NCBI GenBank assembly: GCA_964019335.1
Contig: OZ025662.1
Span: 496,001-560,000 of the forward strand
Reading direction: 5' to 3'
Source: Diplonema japonicum
Taxonomy: Eukaryota; Protista; Euglenozoa: Diplonemea
Length of the DNA: 64,000 nt
This document shows positions 1 to 12,614 of this stretch, piece by piece. A program made the translations under genes and the position numbers. Position 1 is the stretch's first letter. Every line of letters starts with the position of its first letter. The notes beneath the pieces are model-generated. The model was not told where the DNA came from, made no database searches, and worked only from the letters and a program-made list of their open reading frames with translations.

Positions 1-1031
1 TGGCGAACCAATTGCTGGGAGCATACATCAGTCGGCAAGGGTCGGAAGCCACGGCAAAGACACGGGAGCCAACACCGCACACAGCACTGCAGCCGTCGAG
101 GTCCGCCACTGCACTGTCGCAGTACAGCAGCATCGTGTCGCGAGCGACAACTTCTGCGATGGCCTCACCTGCGGCCCTTCAGCAGATTCATGTGCACCAC
201 CACCACCACCATCACCATCACCATCACCATCATCAACAGCAGCAGTTACAGCGAGAACAACAACAGGAGGTGCAGGAACGGTGCATGGAAACCATGGCAA
301 CAATGGAGAGGGAGAGCAGCCCGCGGTACCTGTCCCTGTCGCCGCTGCTGAACGATGCGGAGGCGATGCGAGCAGAGCTGGAGACGTGCAAGGCACCGTC
401 AGGGGTGAGGGTGGTGACGGCTACGGACGAGGAGGTGGTACGGGAGCTGCTGTCGAGCAGGAGTGTCGCTGAGCACTTGAAGCACAAGATACACGAACAG
501 CAGTACGAGATACGAACCTTGCGGGACAAGGTGACCCTGTTCACGGAGGCAACGGAGCGAGACGGGCAGGACGCACTAGCGATCGTGCTGGGGCAGCTGG
601 CGGAGGCGGAGAGTATGATCGCAACGCTGCGTGCGAACATCGACGACAAGGAGCAGGTCATCAGCGGGTTGCGGCACTCGATCGAAGGGGTGCAGCACGA
701 CAGCGAGATCCTCCACCTGGAGGAGTCGCTGCGGGAGCTGCAGCGCAAGAACGACGTGCTGGCGGCGGAGAACAAGGTTCTTGCAGAGCGGGAGAAGCAC
801 TCCGCGTTGGGGGTCGTGTCGCAGAGGCACTGCAACCAGTTGAAGCAGAAGAACATGCAGCTGACGAACGAGAACCAGGAGAGGACGAAGAACCTAAAGG
901 ACCTGGAGACAATCCTGCGGCTTCACCTGAACCTGCGAACCTCCTCCACGGAAACGCAGATGCTGCAATGCATGTCGGGCGGCGGCATCACCACCAGCAA
1001 CGTGATCCCCGCCTCCGAGCGCATGATGTGA
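1..1031 (+). CDS. Hypothetical coiled-coil protein with poly-His/poly-Gln tract, probably 5'-partial
   Basis: Open frame runs off the window edge (no upstream stop); H/Q tract then heptad-rich region; GC3-rich codon usage; TGA at 1029-1031. Confidence 0.7.
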   Translation, partial: ANQLLGAYISRQGSEATAKTREPTPHTALQPSRSATALSQYSSIVSRATTSAMASPAALQQIHVHHHHHHHHHHHHHQQQQLQREQQQEVQERCMETMATMERESSPRYLSLSPLLNDAEAMRAELETCKAPSGVRVVTATDEEVVRELLSSRSVAEHLKHKIHEQQYEIRTLRDKVTLFTEATERDGQDALAIVLGQLAEAESMIATLRANIDDKEQVISGLRHSIEGVQHDSEILHLEESLRELQRKNDVLAAENKVLAEREKHSALGVVSQRHCNQLKQKNMQLTNENQERTKNLKDLETILRLHLNLRTSSTETQMLQCMSGGGITTSNVIPASERMM

Positions 1032-1184
1032 GCTGGGGAGGAGAGAGGAGGGAGGGGGTGTGAGTTGAGGAGAGAATGGAGGTTGTTGTACTTGTAGACT
1101 AAATATACTATTCTGTTGTACTGTCTTTCGTATTATTCTTGATGCCATCCTTCACACCACAGCACGACACACACATTTACTAAA

Positions 1185-1526
1185 ATGGCCGACGCCCTTT
1201 TCGCGAAGATGTCCGCAGCCCTCGGGACCCCTGCTGGTCAGGCTGCGGCGAAGAAGATCAACGAGGTGATCACGTACGAGTTCCCCGACACCGGTGTGTC
1301 GTACGTGATGGACCTGAAGGCGGGGAAGGCGTACAAGGGGAAGCACGACGACCCCGCGTGCACCTTCAAGATGGACGAGAAGGTGTTCATTGAGCTTTCG
1401 GGGGGCAAGGCGGACCCCATGGGCCTCTTCATGGAGGGGAAGATCGAGCTCGACGGGGACACCGACATCGCCATGAAGATCGGCAAGGTCCTCAAGACCC
1501 TCGAGAAGGAGATCGCCTCTGCGTAG
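1185..1526 (+). CDS. SCP2: SCP2 sterol carrier/lipid transfer domain protein, copy 1
   Basis: 113 aa with SCP2 signature DDPACTFKMDEKVFIELSGGKADPMGLFMEGKIELDGD; AAAATG start context. Confidence 0.9.
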   Translation: MADALFAKMSAALGTPAGQAAAKKINEVITYEFPDTGVSYVMDLKAGKAYKGKHDDPACTFKMDEKVFIELSGGKADPMGLFMEGKIELDGDTDIAMKIGKVLKTLEKEIASA

Positions 1527-1774
1527 GCTTGCTGACAGGAAGGCGGCCACAGAAGGGGAAGGGTCGCGTGCTATGTAATTTTCTGATGAGTATTTCTTCT
1601 TATTCTTCTCCACTCCCTTGCTTTCTTCTTCTTCAGTTTGAATGGTAAGAAGCCGCTACTTCACGGCTCATACCCTTCTTTCCCCCCTCCTTTTACTTCT
1701 TCAAAAAAAGAAGCATTTCTCTTTTTCGTTTATTTCCCGAAAAAAAAAAAAGACGAGAAATAAAAAAGGTGAAA

Positions 1775-2221
1775 ATGGTAAAATGTAAAATCCTAGCACG
1801 AGACATAGAAGACTACAGGAGAGCTATGGAAGAGATACTAGTACTGAGAGAAGAGACGGACGAGGTGATGTGCCGGATGGAATTGAGGCAGAAAAGGATT
1901 GCGCAGATTGTGATTGGAGTGCTGGACGAGGTAGCAGGGACAGAGGAACCGAGGACGGAGAGGAAGCGACCGGAGGAAACGGAGCTTCTCAGCTTGTTCA
2001 GTGAATCAGCCGTACCTCAGGAAAAGCCGAAGCCCGCACAACTAACGGCCCACGACGCTCTGCTCAGCGAGGCCTTTGTTGATTCGCTGGAGCAAGCTTG
2101 CCAGGGGGCCGATGAGTCTGCGATCACCTTGCACAAGCTGTCATCGCGATACCACAAAACAGACGAAGCAGTCGCGTTGATCCGAAGGTCCGCTGATGTC
2201 CTCACGGACATTACCGCTTGA
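1775..2221 (+). CDS. Hypothetical helical protein
   Basis: ATG at 1775 after A-run, ~148 aa, coding-like composition, no motif recognised. Confidence 0.55.
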   Translation: MVKCKILARDIEDYRRAMEEILVLREETDEVMCRMELRQKRIAQIVIGVLDEVAGTEEPRTERKRPEETELLSLFSESAVPQEKPKPAQLTAHDALLSEAFVDSLEQACQGADESAITLHKLSSRYHKTDEAVALIRRSADVLTDITA

Positions 2222-2317
2222 AAAGAAAGAAAAAGAATATTTGTTACATTTAGAATGAATATACCCCCCCCCCCCTGTTTTCCCAAGAACAAACAAAAGG
2301 CGTATTGAAAAAAGAAA

Positions 2318-4946
2318 ATGCCCGGGAAGAAGTCGGGAAAGCGGAAGAGGGACGATTACAAGGAAGAAGAAGAAGAGGAAGAAAAAGATGAAGAGGAGCC
2401 TATTCTGGAGCATGCACGCCTGATGCCGGAGGCGCTAGTTTCATGGGACAGATCGCAGCTGGTGACGAGCCCGGGGATGGGACAGTACTCGTGCTCATCG
2501 ATGTCAGTGAACTCAGAAGGCTACGTTGCGATTGTGACTAGAAACGAAACAGCGAATTTGACAGATTATATCACCATTATGGACCCTATCACGGACCCCT
2601 ACGGGGAGTACGTGGCACCAGCCGTTGCCGTGAAGCTCGCCGATGCAGAACAAGACGCCGGGCCCTCGCAACATATTGCAAGATGTTTCGTTGCCGGACG
2701 TGCTACAAGGGTATCAAGCCTTGTCTGGGGACCCCCTTCGATAGTCATCAATGGAGGCTGGGTCATCCCACTTGCCTTCGTCACCGTCGATGGCCGCGTA
2801 GGTCTCATCACGTCACACAGAGAAGGCGGCGTCATCGTTACAAAACCGCCTATTTACATAGAATTAGATTTCTTCGCGACAGCTGTGGTGTGGCGTCCGG
2901 TCCCATTGGACCGTGCGGAGAGGAAATGCGTCTTGGCAGTCGGTGACTTAGACGGTTTCATCACCTTATGGACTGTTGGTATCTCCGAGGCAGGGATTGA
3001 CTGCAGGCGTCGCTCGAAGACGAAGGCGCCCGTGAGGCAGCCGATCATCGCGTTGGACTGGGTGACCAGAAGCAGCTGGGACAACATGGTGGTGCTCAAA
3101 AACCACGGGGTTATGCAAGTGTGGGGTTGCACCTTGAAAGACGGCCAGCTTTACATGAACTTGAACTTAGAAACGTCTTCTGGACAGGGCCTCCCTTCGC
3201 CGTGCCAGCTTATTAGATGCATGATCATGCATGACGAACGGATGTACATCTACCACGCGTGCAAGAATACCATCATCTCCTATGTCGTTGACGAAGAGAG
3301 GAACGTCTCCGACGCCATAGTGATCCCCACCGTGCACAAGGGGCCCATCACAGGCTTCACCATTTCCCCTCACTGCCTCGTCACCACCTGTTCTGACGGA
3401 TGGGTGGGGGTGCACCCCATCAACGGCCTCAGCAAGGAAGGCTTTTGCATCGCTGACGAAGAAAAGGATGTGTCCCCACACGGTATTGTCCTCCAGAAGT
3501 GCCCCGGGGGGCAAACAGCCGTCTCTGTCTCTTTCACGTGCAACGGCTCCATGCTGCTGATGTACATCGTGAAGTACCAATCCGACAGAATTTATCAAGG
3601 AAGGCAGAACCCGCACAAGCTTGTCCCTTTCTTTCCCTTTGCCGCCATGAGCGCGCAGGATCAGATGAAGTTGTTCCTCCTTGGGACCGCGATGGGTCGT
3701 ACATCGGAAGAAGCGACGTTCAGTTCCGGCGGTGTCATCTCCTGCGTTGCGTCGTCATGTCTCTCTACAGAGCTGCGCGCCACCGCCTACGAGTGGTACC
3801 CCGCGATGAGGCACGCGTTCGATGAGCACCTCAAAAAACTGGAGAAGGATTTTTTCAGCCCGAAGCACACGATGCTGCTGAAACTGAGCTCCGCGCTGTT
3901 GCATCTCTTACCCCCATGGTCGGCATCAACCACTCCTGTCACCCCTGACCCTGCTTTCCCGGCCTGCACCCCTGCATCCACTACCACCGTTGTCAGAACC
4001 GAGGTATGCATTTTGGTGGAAGAAAATACTTTTAAAACAGATTATACGCTGTATGGCACGCGCTTCTCTTTACAAGCTTGTTACTTTATCACCGAAGAAT
4101 CTTAAGCAGCAGGAGCTGGTCTCCGCGCTCTCTCTCGCAACGCTTCTCGTCTCCGTCGCGGCACGTGCTGCTACAATATGGGTATGGTCAGGGCCGACGG
4201 GAAACAACACCACGAAACAGATCCCTTCCTTCTCCGAAGCCTACGAACCGAAAGAAGAAGGGGAGCAGAAGGTAGACGCGAAGCTCAAGGTACGTAAACA
4301 CGCCGACAGCACACTGCACACCACACAGAGCACCGATATTACATACGACCCTTCGGTGGGAGCTGAGAGCTTGATACTCTCCTTTAAGCGGTCCACCATG
4401 GACCTCGCACTAGCGAGAAAGGTAGCCCTGGCTTGCGGGGCATCGGGAAAGGTATGATAGTGATAAGTCATATTACAAACACAACAGAGCCTGCTGGACA
4501 CGATGAAGCAAGTACAAGGTGCCGTGAAGGCAGTCAACAAATCATGCCAGAATGCCACAGGAGATAATTGGGAGCTACCGCAAGTGAACTCGGAAGCTGT
4601 CGCAGAATGGAAGCGTGCCAGGGAGGCGCTGATGTTGGAACGCAACTGCTCGACATGCGGCGAATCTTTACGTTTTGACCTGTCGGTGCACACCCTGTCA
4701 GAGAAATGCCCCGAGGGCCACATCAACCAGCTCTGCCCAGCTACGCTCCTCCATCTCCAGGGTATCGACAAAGGCCTCATGCACAAGGTGTGCATGGCTT
4801 GCGGCACTTCCATGTCGCATCCATTCGGCCATCTATGCCTCCCAGAGTCCAAGAGCCGTCTGGCCTATGCTTGGCTCGACATCCCGACCGTCACGTGCTG
4901 TCTCATCTGCGGGTACCGGTTGAATTACAACGCACCCCGATCTTGA
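2318..4946 (+). CDS. WD40 beta-propeller protein with C-terminal Zn fingers, TFIIIC tau60/GTF3C4-like; introns 4004-4040, 4290-4328 (tentative), 4452-4487
   Basis: GT..AG introns join ORFs 2318, 3990 and 4503 in frame; WD-like strands (LAVGDLDGFITLW, LVTTCSDGWVGVH); C-terminal CxxC..C.xGH..C..CxxC..CxxC pattern resembles zf-TFIIIC. Confidence 0.65.
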
Positions 4947-5024
4947 TGTTCTCTTTGTATTATTCAGCCGTGTTTGCTTTTTTTTTTTTTTCTCCTCCCT
5001 TTATTTATTTACAGGAATTTCAAA

Positions 5025-6140
5025 ATGATGTCTCGTGCGCTCTCGATGGTGATGTTGGGTGCTGTGTCCGCCACGGCACTCACCATCCCCCTTGCCAAGA
5101 CCAGCGGCCACAGGTCGCTTGCTGCTGACCATGCTGTTCTCAGCAGGAAGTACGGTGCTGCTGTTCCTTCTGTCCCGATCACGGACTTCGAGAATGCGCA
5201 GTACTACGGGCCCATCACTATTGGAACCCCTCCCCAGCACTTCAAGGTGATCTTTGACACTGGCAGCTCCAACCTGTGGGTTCCGGGACCCGAGCCTAAG
5301 GTGGTCGGCGACGCCAGGTACTACTCCGACAAGTCGTCGACTTACGTTGCGAACGGCACCAAGTTCTCGATCCTGTACGGGAGCGGTGCTCTTGAGGGGA
5401 TCATCGACCACGATGTCTTCGGTGTTGCGGGTGTGAACGCTAGCTTGAACTTCGGTGAGGCGACCAAGATGCCTGGCATCACATGGGACGTCGCGAAGTT
5501 CGACGGTATCTGTGGCATGGGATGGCCTAGCATCGCTGTCGACGGTGTGGAACCGCCGTTCTTCGTGCTTCTCCAGCAGAAGAAAATCGCGGCAGGCAGC
5601 TTCGCGTTCTATCTGACAAGCGACGACAGCAAGGTTGGGGAGCTCACCATCGGTGGGACCAACCCTGCTCACCACAGCACTCCGTTCGTGTACATCCCTG
5701 TCGCGAAGAAGGGGTACTGGCAGTTGAATGGTGATGACGTGTCCTTCAACGGGAAGTCCCTTGGCACGAACGTGCACGCTGTGATGGACTCTGGTACCAG
5801 TCTGCTTGCATTCCCCAAGAAGGTTGCCAAGGAGATCAATGCCCAGCTTGGATGCAACGAAGGTGTCACTGGTGAGTGCACATACACCACTTGCCCCAAG
5901 GAAAACACTCTCCCTGACCTTACCCTTACCATGCAGGGCCACACATTCACCCTTAAGCAGGTTGACTACATCATGAAGATCCAGCAGGGAACTCAGACTA
6001 CCTGCCTCAGCGGCTTCATGGGGATTGACGTGCCCCCTCCCATGGGCCCTGTCTGGATCTTCGGTGATGTCTTCATGAGGAAGTACTACCTGGACTTTGA
6101 TGTTACCAACGCCCGTGTTGGTTTCGCCCTCGCGCAGTAA
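5025..6140 (+). CDS. Pepsin-family (A1) aspartic protease, cathepsin D-like, with signal peptide
   Basis: QYYGPITIGTPPQHFKVIFDTGSSNLWVP, YGSG flap, FDGICGMG, second catalytic DSGTS, WIFGDVFMRKYY; polypyrimidine-CAG just upstream of the ATG. Confidence 0.95.
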   Translation: MMSRALSMVMLGAVSATALTIPLAKTSGHRSLAADHAVLSRKYGAAVPSVPITDFENAQYYGPITIGTPPQHFKVIFDTGSSNLWVPGPEPKVVGDARYYSDKSSTYVANGTKFSILYGSGALEGIIDHDVFGVAGVNASLNFGEATKMPGITWDVAKFDGICGMGWPSIAVDGVEPPFFVLLQQKKIAAGSFAFYLTSDDSKVGELTIGGTNPAHHSTPFVYIPVAKKGYWQLNGDDVSFNGKSLGTNVHAVMDSGTSLLAFPKKVAKEINAQLGCNEGVTGECTYTTCPKENTLPDLTLTMQGHTFTLKQVDYIMKIQQGTQTTCLSGFMGIDVPPPMGPVWIFGDVFMRKYYLDFDVTNARVGFALAQ

Positions 6141-6503
6141 GAGATTTCCCACTACTTTGCACGAAAGTCTTTTTCTTTTTTTTTTTTTTTTTGAAAGAAG
6201 AAAAAAGAAAAAAAGAAAAAGACAGTCAAACAGCTAACGTGGCATGATAAGTGTTTTTTTTTTTTGTCTCTTCAACAGTGAGCACCCCTCCCCCCCCTGC
6301 GCACTGAGGCTTTATCGAAATATCTTTTTTGTTTTTTTCTTCTTATTTTTATTTCCCCACAAAATAAAAGGAAGGAAACAAACAAAAAAAAGCTCCTTCC
6401 CCCCCCCACCGTTTTTATTTTTTATTTTTCTGATAATCCCCCTCCCCCGGAAAATCGAATTCATTTTTGCAAAAAGCAAAAAAAAAAAAAAAAAAAAAAA
6501 AAA

Positions 6504-7252
6504 ATGCCGAAGGATATTAAGAGCGAGGAGGAATTCACGCAGCTCGTTGCAGGCGACAAGCTGACCATTGTTGACTTTTACGCGTCGTGGTGTGGTGCTT
6601 GCAAGGTATGGAAAAAAAAAAAAAGAAAAAAAAAAAAAAAAAAACCCACCCATTCTCCTTCCTCTCTCAGACATTCATGCCTAAATACGAGGAGCTGGAG
6701 AAGCAGTACAGCAACGTGCAGTTCCTCAAGGTGGACGTTGACGAGTTGGAGGAGATTGCGGGGGACATGGGGGTCAACGGCTTGCCCTACATTGTATTAA
6801 TGAAGGGAGGCAAGAAGGTAGAGGACCTGAGCAAAGTGTCTGAGAAGGCTGTTATCGAAAAGCTGGAGAAATTGGGCGGAAGCGGTGGGGCCGTACCGGC
6901 TGCAGCACCAGCATCCGACTCTGCTCCTGCTCCGTCGAAGGCCCCTGTCACGAAGGTCAAAGTTCCCGAGTTTGATGGGGTGGACTTCTTTCAGCTCGAA
7001 GACCCTAAGAGCAAGAATATTCTCTCGTTCCGTGTAGATGGGGACAAGATCTCCTATGATGTGAACGGGGAACCCCGCCCCTCCTTCAAGCAAGCAGTTT
7101 CTGACGGTGGGTTCAAGCTCCTGTTCAAGGACATCAACAAGGGCGCTACTCTGCCCGCCCACAACGTGCACATAAACCTTGCCTGTTTGAAGGCAATGCT
7201 CAAAAAGGTTGGTGGTGAGGCGATTGACTTCCCTACTGAAATCTCGCTTTAA
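6504..7252 (+). CDS. Thioredoxin-domain protein (WCGAC) with C-terminal extra domain; intron 6606-6670
   Basis: Removing the 65-nt GTATG..CAG intron gives VDFYASWCGACK|TFMPKYEEL...FLKVDVDE. Confidence 0.9.
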
Positions 7253-7390
7253 GAAAAAAAAAAGTTTTTTTTTTTTCAATGGGATAAAGCAAAGAGACGC
7301 GGTTGTTTTTTTTTTTTTTTTTTTTTTTTGATTTTTTTTGAGATGTTGTGATGATTCCTTTAACACCTTTGCTCTCTTTCTTCTTCTTCT

Positions 7391-7429
<39 letters not shown>

Positions 7430-8074
7430 CCTCCCTTCTTTATTATATTGCTGTATATCGAGAGAAAGGTGTGAAGAAGGGGTAGGGGGAAGGGAAAGAA
7501 AAAAAAAAAAAGAAAGAAAGAAAGAAAAAGTGAGTGTAAAAAAAAAAAAAAAAAAAAAAAAATTAAAAAAAAAACGAAAAGAAAAAACTTTTTTGGTTCA
7601 AAAAGAATTATTGGTTGGTTGATGGACTTCTTCCCTATAGTCTTTCTTCCTTTCCTTGCTTGTTTTTTTTTTCCCCCTTTTATTTTTTCTTTTTCTTTTT
7701 GAAAAGCTCTTTTTTTTTTACGTCTTTTCCCCAGGTTCCCTCCCTACGGCTTCAGGTAGCAAAAAACGAAAAGAGGGGGCGTGATATAGATAGGAAATTG
7801 TTTGAAAGAGCGAACCAATGCAAAAAGAAAAAAGAGAAAAAAAGAAAAAAGAAAAAAGAAGTTTGGATAAGGGAAGAAGCCATCTTTCCCCTCTGCCAAA
7901 AAAGAAAAAAAAAAAAGAAATCCGTGTCTCGAGGGTGGTATTCCTCTGTTCCCTTGGTTTTTCCCTTCCCCCGTATCCCTTTTTATTTCCATTCCTTCCA
8001 TCTTTTTGTTTCCCCCCTTTTCCCCCCTCCGCTCTCTGTTCCTTACCATATCAACACAACAGCTAAAGAACTAA

Positions 8075-9439
<1,365 letters not shown>

Positions 9440-9850
9440 GTGGCACAACGGCTTAGGAAGATTCTTTTTCTCTCTTCCCCCCCTTAACCCCCTTAACCCC
9501 CTTGTAACTACCCCCCTTTTTTCTTTTTTCACCATTCTCTTTTTTTTGTCCCCCTTCCCCTCCTGCAATTTTCCGTTCTTTTTCTCACCCTTTTTTTTTC
9601 CCCCCCTCTTCCGTCTTCCCAATAGTTTGGGAAAACACGACAAAAAAAAAAAAAAAAAAAAAAAAAAAACGAGAAACAAAAAAAAAAAGGAAAAAAAGAA
9701 TTGTAAATCGCCCCATCCACCCCCTTTTTTTTCCCTCTTTATTCTCCACCCATTAAAAAAAAAAAAAACACAACAAAAATCCATACAAAAAAAAAGAGTC
9801 TTTTACATTGAAAGAAGAAGGAAAAAAAAAAAAAAAACATGCTGGTATAA

Positions 9851-9892
<42 letters not shown>

Positions 9893-9896
9893 CCAC

Positions 9897-11324
9897 ATGC
9901 CTCAAGATGGATGGGGAATAGAAAACTTTCTTTTAAGAAGAGAATCGACGGTGCCTGATGAGGAGTTTGTTAAAATGATGGAGAAGATAGACGGTCACCT
10001 GGAGAGGTGCCGAGGTGCGAGGGGGTTGAAAACGGTAGGAACGTGCCCAGACGACGACAGCGGTGTAAGAGTGAGGTTAGAAAGGTTTTACTACAAACAC
10101 GCTCCAAGCCACATCGGCAGTGTGGATATAGTACTGGAGTTCTTTTTAGGAAGAGAAGAAGAACTGTTCAGAAAGCTAGAAGAAGGCTACGGCCCTGAAC
10201 CCACTCCACATGAAACTCTAACAGCCGACGTAGTAGTAAACCACCCTGGCGTTAAAATGCGAGACCACCACGGTTTCATTGTTGAGAACTACAAAGCTTA
10301 CCTAAAAGTGAAAGACCTATGCTTCAACACCCCGGAACGAGATGAAACGTTTGAAAAAATCCGGGGAGCTAACCTGGATTTCAAAACGCTTTCAAATTCA
10401 GCCAAAAAGTGCACATTATACCAGTACGGCCTCCCAAATGATCTCAGACCTTTGGCATGGGCACAACTCACCTCCGCATCTGTAAATCAAAAATCCCACC
10501 CTGACGAATATCGAGCGTCCCTCGCATCGGCGCTGTCTTTGAACAACGAGGCCACGGTGGCCATCTCGAAGGACATGAACAGAACGTTCCCAAACTGCAC
10601 ATTGTTCGAGGAAGGCAGCGAAATGTACACGTCGCTTCACAGGGTGTTATCTGCCGTTTCATTCAGCACAGAGGAAGGGTACTGTCAATCGATGAACTTC
10701 GTGGCTGGAATATTGCTTTTGGTTTTGAAAGATGAAGAGGTGTCGTACTGGGTGTTGAAGGAGATGGTGTCCGGGGCAAAGTACAACCGTGGGTACTACG
10801 ATGTGACCATGAGGACTCTGATGGTTGACCAGGTAGTTATGAAGAAATTGTTAGAAGATTCTCAAACCGCCGATAAATTAGCGGATCTCGGGGTTTCCCT
10901 GGAAAACTTCACCATCAAATGGTTCTTATGCATATTCATCGATGTGATGCCCTTGGAGACCGTTCTGCACCTCTGGGATATATACCTCATGGAGGGTGTT
11001 ACGTTTCTTCTCCGGTTCTCGCTTGTGTTGTCAAAGGAGATGGCCTCGCTCTTGGAGAACACAGAAGATTTCACAACCGCGTTGTCGGTGATAGACGACT
11101 ATTTGTCGACATTGACATTGGTCGGGCCTCTTGTAAGGGAGGCTGCGCAGATATCCTTGTCGCCGAAGCAGTTGGAGGGGTTGAGGGCGACGTGCCAGCC
11201 CCCTACGGCGTACAGCCCGCAACAGTCCGATGCGGAGACTGTTGAAGAGAACACGGCGGCGTCGCCTACGAAAAAACTAAAAAAGAAAGTTCGGAATATT
11301 TTCAAACGTGGGAAGAGATCGTGA
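9897..11324 (+). CDS. Rab-GAP TBC domain protein
   Basis: ATG 9897 after A-run; GLPNDLRPLAW, ISKDMNRTFP (Arg finger), GYCQSMNFVA (Gln finger), WFLCIF, LHLWD. Confidence 0.9.
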   Translation: MPQDGWGIENFLLRRESTVPDEEFVKMMEKIDGHLERCRGARGLKTVGTCPDDDSGVRVRLERFYYKHAPSHIGSVDIVLEFFLGREEELFRKLEEGYGPEPTPHETLTADVVVNHPGVKMRDHHGFIVENYKAYLKVKDLCFNTPERDETFEKIRGANLDFKTLSNSAKKCTLYQYGLPNDLRPLAWAQLTSASVNQKSHPDEYRASLASALSLNNEATVAISKDMNRTFPNCTLFEEGSEMYTSLHRVLSAVSFSTEEGYCQSMNFVAGILLLVLKDEEVSYWVLKEMVSGAKYNRGYYDVTMRTLMVDQVVMKKLLEDSQTADKLADLGVSLENFTIKWFLCIFIDVMPLETVLHLWDIYLMEGVTFLLRFSLVLSKEMASLLENTEDFTTALSVIDDYLSTLTLVGPLVREAAQISLSPKQLEGLRATCQPPTAYSPQQSDAETVEENTAASPTKKLKKKVRNIFKRGKRS

Positions 11325-11521
11325 GTTTTTGGCCCTAGGGGAAAAAAAAGAAGAAAAAGGATTCGAAAACGATAGCGAAACGGATTGTCGATTTTGTTTT
11401 GTTTTGTTTTGTTTTTTTGTCCTTTCCCCCCTCCCCGTTTCCAAAAAAAAAAAAAAAAAAAAAAAAAAGAGAGGAGGGGGGGGGGGAAAAAGAAAGGGAA
11501 ATAAAAAAATAGAATAAAAAA

Positions 11522-12469
11522 ATGAAACCCATCACACTCGCGGTGTGCCTGTTGTTCATTGCGATAATATCCTACCCGACGCAAGGTGAAGGGTTCCAGC
11601 TTTTCGGCAACGACAACGGGAACACGGACAGCCGCGACTGCAAGGCTTGTAAGAAACTAAGGTTCTGCAAAGGGTTCCTTGGCCACCGAGCGGCTGACTG
11701 TGAAGGGGACGACGAAGACGAAGATGCTGAAGACAAGTGGGAGAGCAGGACAGGAGCAACATGCAACGCAGAAGCTTATAAACATTTCGTGTGCGTTCGT
11801 AAGATGGACCCTTGCGATGCAGAAGGTCACGTTATACCAGTTTGTAGATCGGCCTGCATCGAAGGCAAACGAACGTGTGAAAAAAAGACAAACGCAGCAG
11901 CTGTCGAAAGCTGTGAAGGACTACCGACAGAAAAGTGCTGGGGCGACCAGTATACATTTTCAAAATGCGAGGAGACCTGCCAGAGCTTAGAATTCTGCGA
12001 CATGTACTCCGGGAAGAAATCTCTTAACTGCTCTCTGGACTGGAAAGCCAAGACGGCCATGGAGGATCTCCTCTCTTCTGGCTTCCGGCCAAGCAGAGCA
12101 CGATGCCCCGAAATATTTGTGAAGTCGTATATATGCCATGCTACGCTGCGTCCTTGCAACCAGCAAGATGTTGCTCCCAAGCCCTGCTTCTCTGATTGCT
12201 ACAGGTTCCAGCACCACTGTCTTGGTCTTTCTGAAGGCGCTGCACGAAAACTCTGCTCCGCCCATTCCACTTTCTACTGCGACTCCCTTTCCGAGGATAC
12301 TTCTTCCAGACGTGGGCAGCTCTCGCTTTACTCCGACACCTCCCAAACAAGCAGCATTCTTGTCACCGTCGTCCTCGTTTTCTGCTTTTTCCAGGTCTGT
12401 GTCTTGCACTACCTCCGGGGCTCGGCACCGTCCCTTAACTTTCTTCGTAGCAGGAGGATCTTGCCTTAG
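11522..12469 (+). CDS. Signal-peptide, Cys-rich single-pass membrane protein with two Frizzled-CRD-like repeats
   Basis: Hydrophobic N-terminus, two ~10-Cys modules (PVCRSAC / PCFSDC), C-terminal TM ILVTVVLVFCFFQVCVL. Confidence 0.7.
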   Translation: MKPITLAVCLLFIAIISYPTQGEGFQLFGNDNGNTDSRDCKACKKLRFCKGFLGHRAADCEGDDEDEDAEDKWESRTGATCNAEAYKHFVCVRKMDPCDAEGHVIPVCRSACIEGKRTCEKKTNAAAVESCEGLPTEKCWGDQYTFSKCEETCQSLEFCDMYSGKKSLNCSLDWKAKTAMEDLLSSGFRPSRARCPEIFVKSYICHATLRPCNQQDVAPKPCFSDCYRFQHHCLGLSEGAARKLCSAHSTFYCDSLSEDTSSRRGQLSLYSDTSQTSSILVTVVLVFCFFQVCVLHYLRGSAPSLNFLRSRRILP

Positions 12470-12614
12470 TTACGTCTTCTTTTTTTGCTTCCCTTGTGAG
12501 TACTGAGAATCTTTATCGAGTTTTTTTTTTTTTTTTTTTTTTTTTAAAGAAAAGCAAAAAAAGATTTACGCAGCAGCATTTTTCCGTAGAAGAAAAAAAA
12601 AAAAAATCATCATC

